64,000 nucleotides of DNA, taken from positions 4,192,001 through 4,256,000 of the forward strand of contig OY969695.1 in NCBI GenBank assembly GCA_963701965.1, in the 5' to 3' direction. Both the position numbers and the translations under genes were made by a program. Positions 59,563 through 64,000 of the stretch are shown here, piece after piece. The notes beneath the pieces are model-generated. The model was not told the DNA's origin and did not search any database. It worked only from the letters and a program-made list of their open reading frames with translations. Position 1 is the first letter of the stretch. Every line of letters begins with the position of its first letter. This DNA is from an uncultured Gemmatimonadales bacterium (GTDB taxonomy: Bacteria > Gemmatimonadota > Gemmatimonadetes > Gemmatimonadales > Gemmatimonadaceae).

Positions 59563-61297
59563 CTAGGCGTCCTGGCCGACGCCGACCAGCATCTCGCCGA
59601 GGCTTTTGCCCTGGGGGACGATGGGGAAGACATTCACGGCGCGTTCGACGCGGAAATCGATGACGACCACGCCGTCGTGCGCCCATGATTCCCCGATCGC
59701 GGCGTCGACATGCTCCGGACGCTCGACCGTGAGCCCCCGCACGCCATACGCCTGGGCCAGTTGGGCGAAGTCCGGCCCCGACAAGAGCGTTCCACTGTAC
59801 CGCTTGTTCTCGAACAACTCCTGCCACTGCCGGACCATCCCGAGACAGCCGTTGTTGATCACGGCGATTTTGACGTTGCGAATGCCTTCTTGGACCATCG
59901 TGGCCAGTTCCTGATTGGTCATCTGGAACCCGCCATCGCCGACAATGACCCACACCGTCTCCTCGGGATGGGCGATGGCCACGCCGAGGGCGGCTGGCAC
60001 CGCGAATCCCATCGTCCCGGCGCCGCCCGATGTGATGTGCGTGCGCGGCCGACGCCACTCCAGCAGTTGGGCAGCCCACATTCTGGTGCTGGCCAACATC
60101 GGTGACCACGCGATAGTCTCCGCGCGCGTCGAACGCGCGGTTGAGGGCCGCGTAGACGTCTTGCGGCATCAACGCCGGCGTTGCGGGCCGGGTGACGACT
60201 TGATGACGTCCCTGATATCGGGACTGGAGCTGCCGGATGTACGCGAGCCAGTGGGATACGTCGCCCGGTGGCGTCCCGTCAAGGAGCGCCAGCATGGCGC
60301 GCAGCACACGGCGCGCGTCCCCGACGATAGGGAGCGCGGTGCGCACGTTCTTGCCGATCTCCGACGGATCGATATCGACGTGGATGATGTGGGCGTGCGG
60401 GGCAAACTTGGCGGCGTTGCCGGTGACGCGATCGTCGAACCGGCCGCCGATATTCAACAGAATGTCACAGGCCTGGATCGCCCGGTTCACGTGGACCCAG
60501 CCGTGCATGCCGGGCATTCCGAGATTGAGCGCGTGATCCTCCGGGAATGCCCCGAGTCCGTGAAGTGTGGTAATGACCGGGATCCCGGTCTGCTCGGCGA
60601 GCGCCCGGAGCTCGTCCGCGGCGCCACTCTGGATCACACCGTTCCCAGCCATGATGAGCGGCCGCTCGGCCCGACGAATACAATCGACGGCGGCGCGGAT
60701 CGCCATCGGGTCGGGGTCGTACAATGGTGCATATCCGGGCAAGTCCACGGGCCAATGCCATTGCGGGACAGCGCGCGCCTGCTGCGCATCCTTCGTTACG
60801 TCGATCAGCACCGGACCGGCTCGGCCGGTCGTCGCCAGATGGAACGCTTCCCGGAAGACCGCCGGCAGATCGTCGGCGCGCCTCACGAGATAATTGTGCT
60901 TGGTGATGGGAACCGTGATCCCCGTGATGTCGGTCTCCTGAAAAGCGTCGCTGCCCAGCACGGCGCTCGATACCTGGCCAGTGATCGCGACGAGTGGTGT
61001 CGAATCCATCCACGCATCAGAGATCGCGGTCACCAGGTTCGTCGCGCCGGGTCCGCTGGTCGCGACGCACACGCCGGGCCGGCCGGTGGCGCGCGCGTAC
61101 CCCTCGGCGGCGTGGCCGGCGCCTTGCTCGTGGCGACACAGCACGTGGTGCAACCGGTCGCGAAAGTCGTACATCGCGTGATAGAACGGCATGATCGCGC
61201 CGCCCGGCACGCCGAACATCACCGTGACCCCTTCGCGGACGAGGGCTTCGCACATGATCTGCGCACCAGTGCGCGTGTCAGGCATGGGGGAGTGCAT
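59563..61297 (-). CDS. ilvB: Acetolactate synthase large subunit; apparent frameshift at ~60081
   Basis: RHEQGAGHAAEGYAR and TSGPGATN; removing one base restores DVGQHQMWAAQ; then GDGGFQM...NNG. Confidence 0.95.
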
Positions 61298-61314
61298 GAG
61301 AAGTCGTGAGGGTA

Positions 61315-61344
61315 AAAACGAAAACCCCTCCCGCGAGGGAGGGG
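61315..61344 (-). terminator. Attenuator terminator of the ilv operon
   Basis: CCCCTCCC-TCGC-GGGAGGGG followed by TTTTCGTTTTT, between the leader ORF and ilvB. Confidence 0.9.
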
Positions 61345-61374
61345 TGGTGGTGTCGAGTCGATCGCTGCCGATCG

Positions 61375-61458
61375 CTAACCCATCGTCCTCCCACGCGCCG
61401 ATACTCCCCCGTTAATGAGGAGGACTACGAGAATGAGGAAGAGGGTGGCGGGCAGCAT
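61375..61458 (-). CDS. ilv operon leader peptide (27 aa, MLPATLFLILVVLLINGGVSARGRTMG)
   Basis: LFLILVVLLI run has 9 of 10 Leu/Ile/Val codons; lies directly upstream of the terminator. Confidence 0.88.
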   Translation of the reverse strand: MLPATLFLILVVLLINGGVSARGRTMG

Positions 61459-61466
61459 CTCGAACG

Positions 61467-61495
61467 AACTTTGCATCACGCTTCGCGTCTGTCAA
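61467..61495 (-). promoter_or_regulatory. Sigma70-type promoter of the ilv leader
   Basis: Perfect TTGACA at 61495-61490 and a weak -10 (CAAAGT/AAAGTT) 16-17 nt downstream, just before the leader ATG. Confidence 0.6.
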
Positions 61496-61589
61496 CGTGG
61501 AGTGCACCACCGGGCGATGCTCGACAGACCGCGCGCGAGCCGGCACGTTTGGTGCGCCTGGAGAGGCGCCCATTTCCTGGAGACCCGAC

Positions 61590-62229
61590 ATGTCCAAGCT
61601 GCGCCTGCGTATCTCGATGTCCTTCGACGGCTACACGTCGGGACCCGACCAGAGTCCCAAAGCGCCGCTGGGCGTCGGGGGCGAGCGGCTCCACGAGTGG
61701 GTCTTTGTCCTGCGCGTCTGGAGGGAGGCCCATGGCAAGACCGGGGGCGAGGACAACGAGAGCTCGCGGGTGGTCGAGGCCGAGCTCGCGAACATCGGCG
61801 CGACGATCATGGGGCGCCACATGTTCGGGGGTCACCCCGGCGGAATGGGACGCCAACAAGCCGTGGAACGGCTGGTGGGGGCAGAACCCGCCCTTCCATC
61901 ACCCGGTGTTCGTGCTCACGCACCACGAGCGCGCGCCGCTCACGATGGACGGCGGCACGACTTTTCATTTCGTGACGAACGGGATCGAGTCGGCGCTCGA
62001 CCAGGCGCGCCGCGCCGCGGGCGGCAAGGACGTCGCGCTCGCCGGCGGCGCCACGATCTGCCAGCAATATCTCCAGGCCGGTCTCGTGGACGAGATGCTC
62101 ATCCACCAGGCCCCCATTGTCCTCGGCTCCGGTGAACGGCTCTTCGAAGGGGTGAACGACCTCCATGGCCTCCACCTCGTCGAGACCGTCGCCGCGCCCA
62201 ACGTGACGCATTTTAAGTTCCTCAAGTAG
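61590..62229 (+). CDS. Dihydrofolate reductase / RibD C-terminal family protein; apparent frameshift at ~61844
   Basis: ISMSFDGY, GERLHEW and IMGRHMF; after the shift GWWGQNPPFHHPVFVLTH, AGGA and GSGERLF. Confidence 0.9.
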
Positions 62230-62235
62230 GCGTGC

Positions 62236-63444
62236 TCACCGCACCTCGATCGGCGCCGTCCAGCGAAACGGCCCCCATGCCATCGTGAGCGCGCCACGCG
62301 CCTTGCTGCTGGAGGCAACGGAAATCGTGAACTTCTCGACCGGCGTCGCGAGCGTCTCGGTCTTCATGGGCGCCAGCCCTAAGTCCTGCGCGCCATCGTA
62401 CTCGGTGCCCCACTGCCCGGTCTGTCGGTTGACGATCACGTCGGCGCCATTCACGCGCGGCACGGTCCACAATGTGTAAGTCCCCGCGGGGACTCGCAGG
62501 CCCGCGAACGTCAGGGGAGCCGATGTCGTGAACTGCGTGGCCGCGTTGGCCCCCGTGCGCCACACGTGGTCGTACGGGAGGATGTTGCCCAGCAGCACGC
62601 GCCCGCGTGCCAGGGGACGGCCATAGTCAATGGTGAAGGTCGCATCGCCGATACTGGCGCGAACGGTGTCCCGCACACTCAGCTGCGTCACGCCGCTTTT
62701 CGCCTCGGCAGCCTCGAACCGCGCGGCAGCGGCCCGGACGTCGGGCGGTGTGGTGAGTCGGCTCACATCCACCTTGTACGTCGTCCGCGCGCCCGAGTAA
62801 CCGAGCATGCGGTCGGCGGAGTCGAAGCGCGCCTCTCCGGTTCCGGCCAGCCAGTCGTGCTCGATCTCCGCCCTGCCGCCCGGCAACAGTCGCACCACGC
62901 CATGATGCAGCGGAAACCGGTCGAACTCCCGATCAATGTAAAATTGGCGCATCTGCTCCGTGTCGCCCAATGTTCGCTTCGACCCCTCGGCGCGCTTCAA
63001 AGCCGCGGCGAAGTAGAGCTCATACAGGCTATACATCTGCGGGAGATGCGCCATGGCGGTGGCGCCTCCAGTGGCGAACGTGCGCTGTATCGTGCCCGTG
63101 CCATCACGTTTTGTGATGTGCACGGAATCCCGTGTCACGTCGGCGACGACGCGACGCTGCCGTTGATTCGCCGGCTCGCTCGGCGTGTAGATCTGCATGA
63201 CGAGGTGCCGGATGCCGCCGTCTGGCCCGAGCGCCAATTCGGTGTGACGGACCCGCACCCGCGGGAACCGGTCGACTTCATCGCTGGTCTCGGTGTTGCC
63301 GGCGCGCGTGACGCTCTCGACCGAGATGGTGTCGTTGCCGAGTTGCGTGAGGAACCCGTAGCGTTCAACAGGGCCGGTGGGGCCGCAACCCAGGAGCAGC
63401 AGCGAGGCGACCACGCCGGTGGCGCCAAAGAGGGGCACGTTCAT
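62236..63444 (-). CDS. DUF2911-domain lipoprotein
   Basis: LLLGC lipobox from ATG 63444; C-terminus IDYGRP..RGR...VWRTGANAAT, AGTYTLWTVP and QWGTEYD. Confidence 0.85.
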   Translation of the reverse strand: MNVPLFGATGVVASLLLLGCGPTGPVERYGFLTQLGNDTISVESVTRAGNTETSDEVDRFPRVRVRHTELALGPDGGIRHLVMQIYTPSEPANQRQRRVVADVTRDSVHITKRDGTGTIQRTFATGGATAMAHLPQMYSLYELYFAAALKRAEGSKRTLGDTEQMRQFYIDREFDRFPLHHGVVRLLPGGRAEIEHDWLAGTGEARFDSADRMLGYSGARTTYKVDVSRLTTPPDVRAAAARFEAAEAKSGVTQLSVRDTVRASIGDATFTIDYGRPLARGRVLLGNILPYDHVWRTGANAATQFTTSAPLTFAGLRVPAGTYTLWTVPRVNGADVIVNRQTGQWGTEYDGAQDLGLAPMKTETLATPVEKFTISVASSSKARGALTMAWGPFRWTAPIEVR

Positions 63445-63488
63445 GCTGCACGTTAGGGCCGGTTGCCGGGGCAGGTATTGGACAAATC

Positions 63489-63544
63489 GGGCCTGCCCAC
63501 GAGGGCCTGCCCACGAGGGCCTGCCCACGAGGGCCTGCCCACGA
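63489..63544. repeat. Perfect tandem repeat, 4 x GGGCCTGCCCACGA (14 bp)
   Basis: Read directly from the sequence; intergenic. Confidence 0.95.
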
Positions 63545-63553
63545 CTTTGTCGC

Positions 63554-64000
63554 TCAGTCCGTGCGGAGCGCCTCGGTCGGCGCCGCCATGACCGCGTCGC
63601 GCGCGGGAACGTAGACGGCCGCGGCTGCCACAATGACCACGAACAGGGGCACGGCGCCGAATGTGAGTCCGTCCATGGGGCTCACCGAGTACAGCAAGCC
63701 TGCCATCACCCGCATCAGCGCGAACGCCGCGCCGAGACCGACGCCAATGCCGAGGCCGACCGTCAGTGCGAACTCGCGGCCGACGAGCGCCAGGATAGTG
63801 GCGCGATTGCCGCCCAGCGCCATGCGGATACCAATCTCGCGGCGGCGTTGGCCCACCCAGTACGCAATCGTGCCGTAGACACCGACCGCCGCGAGGATGA
63901 GGGCAGTCGAGGCGAACGTGGTCAGGAGGAGCATGGCCAGACGGCGGCGCGCCAACGAATCGCGCAGCCGGTGCTCCATGGTGCTGACATCGTACGCGGG
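63554..64000 (-). CDS. ABC transporter permease (ADOP/FtsX type), C-terminal part; runs off right edge
   Basis: LAAVGVYGTIAYWVGQRRREIGIRMALG, LYSVSPMD and ALRTD motifs. Confidence 0.9.
   Translation of the reverse strand, partial: PAYDVSTMEHRLRDSLARRRLAMLLLTTFASTALILAAVGVYGTIAYWVGQRRREIGIRMALGGNRATILALVGREFALTVGLGIGVGLGAAFALMRVMAGLLYSVSPMDGLTFGAVPLFVVIVAAAAVYVPARDAVMAAPTEALRTD

Noticed and set aside
20723..62229. Mass pseudogenisation or programmed frameshifting
   Set aside because: No slippery heptamers were seen, the coding sequences are otherwise intact (including ilvB), and the shared CATC context points to sequencing error.
63489..63544. Possible CRISPR array
   Set aside because: 14-bp units with no spacers and no cas genes in the window.

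Overview
High-GC bacterial chromosome window. ADOP-type orphan ABC permeases, a SusC/SusD-like pair, a TPR Ser/Thr kinase and many secreted hydrolases suggest Gemmatimonadota or a similar soil lineage (inference only). About 60 genes were read: peptide/amide hydrolases, a creatininase-PanE-SDR-M20 operon, tandem PD40 proteins, a TIGR02999-type ECF sigma factor with a kinase, a diheme peroxidase, a FixJ/NodW-like two-component stress cluster, and ilvB-ilvN-ilvC. Main observations: (1) An uncharacterised ECF module at 43444-50978 has two paralogous sigma factors, a membrane-anchored YCII-like putative anti-sigma, two paralogous secreted proteins and a SusCD pair. Three identically spaced CAACCTT-N14-TCACT promoters link them, two apparently leaderless. 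(2) An unannotated Ile/Leu/Val leader-peptide attenuator lies upstream of ilvB. (3) Seven of eight frameshifts and several odd substitutions fall on CATC/GATG, probably a base-calling footprint of a host DNA modification rather than true pseudogenes. (4) A beta-lactamase-fold protein lacks all its catalytic motifs. (5) Several short gene relics lie in intergenic spaces. No rRNA, tRNA, CRISPR array or transposase was recognised. All family calls are motif recognition by eye; no searches were run.
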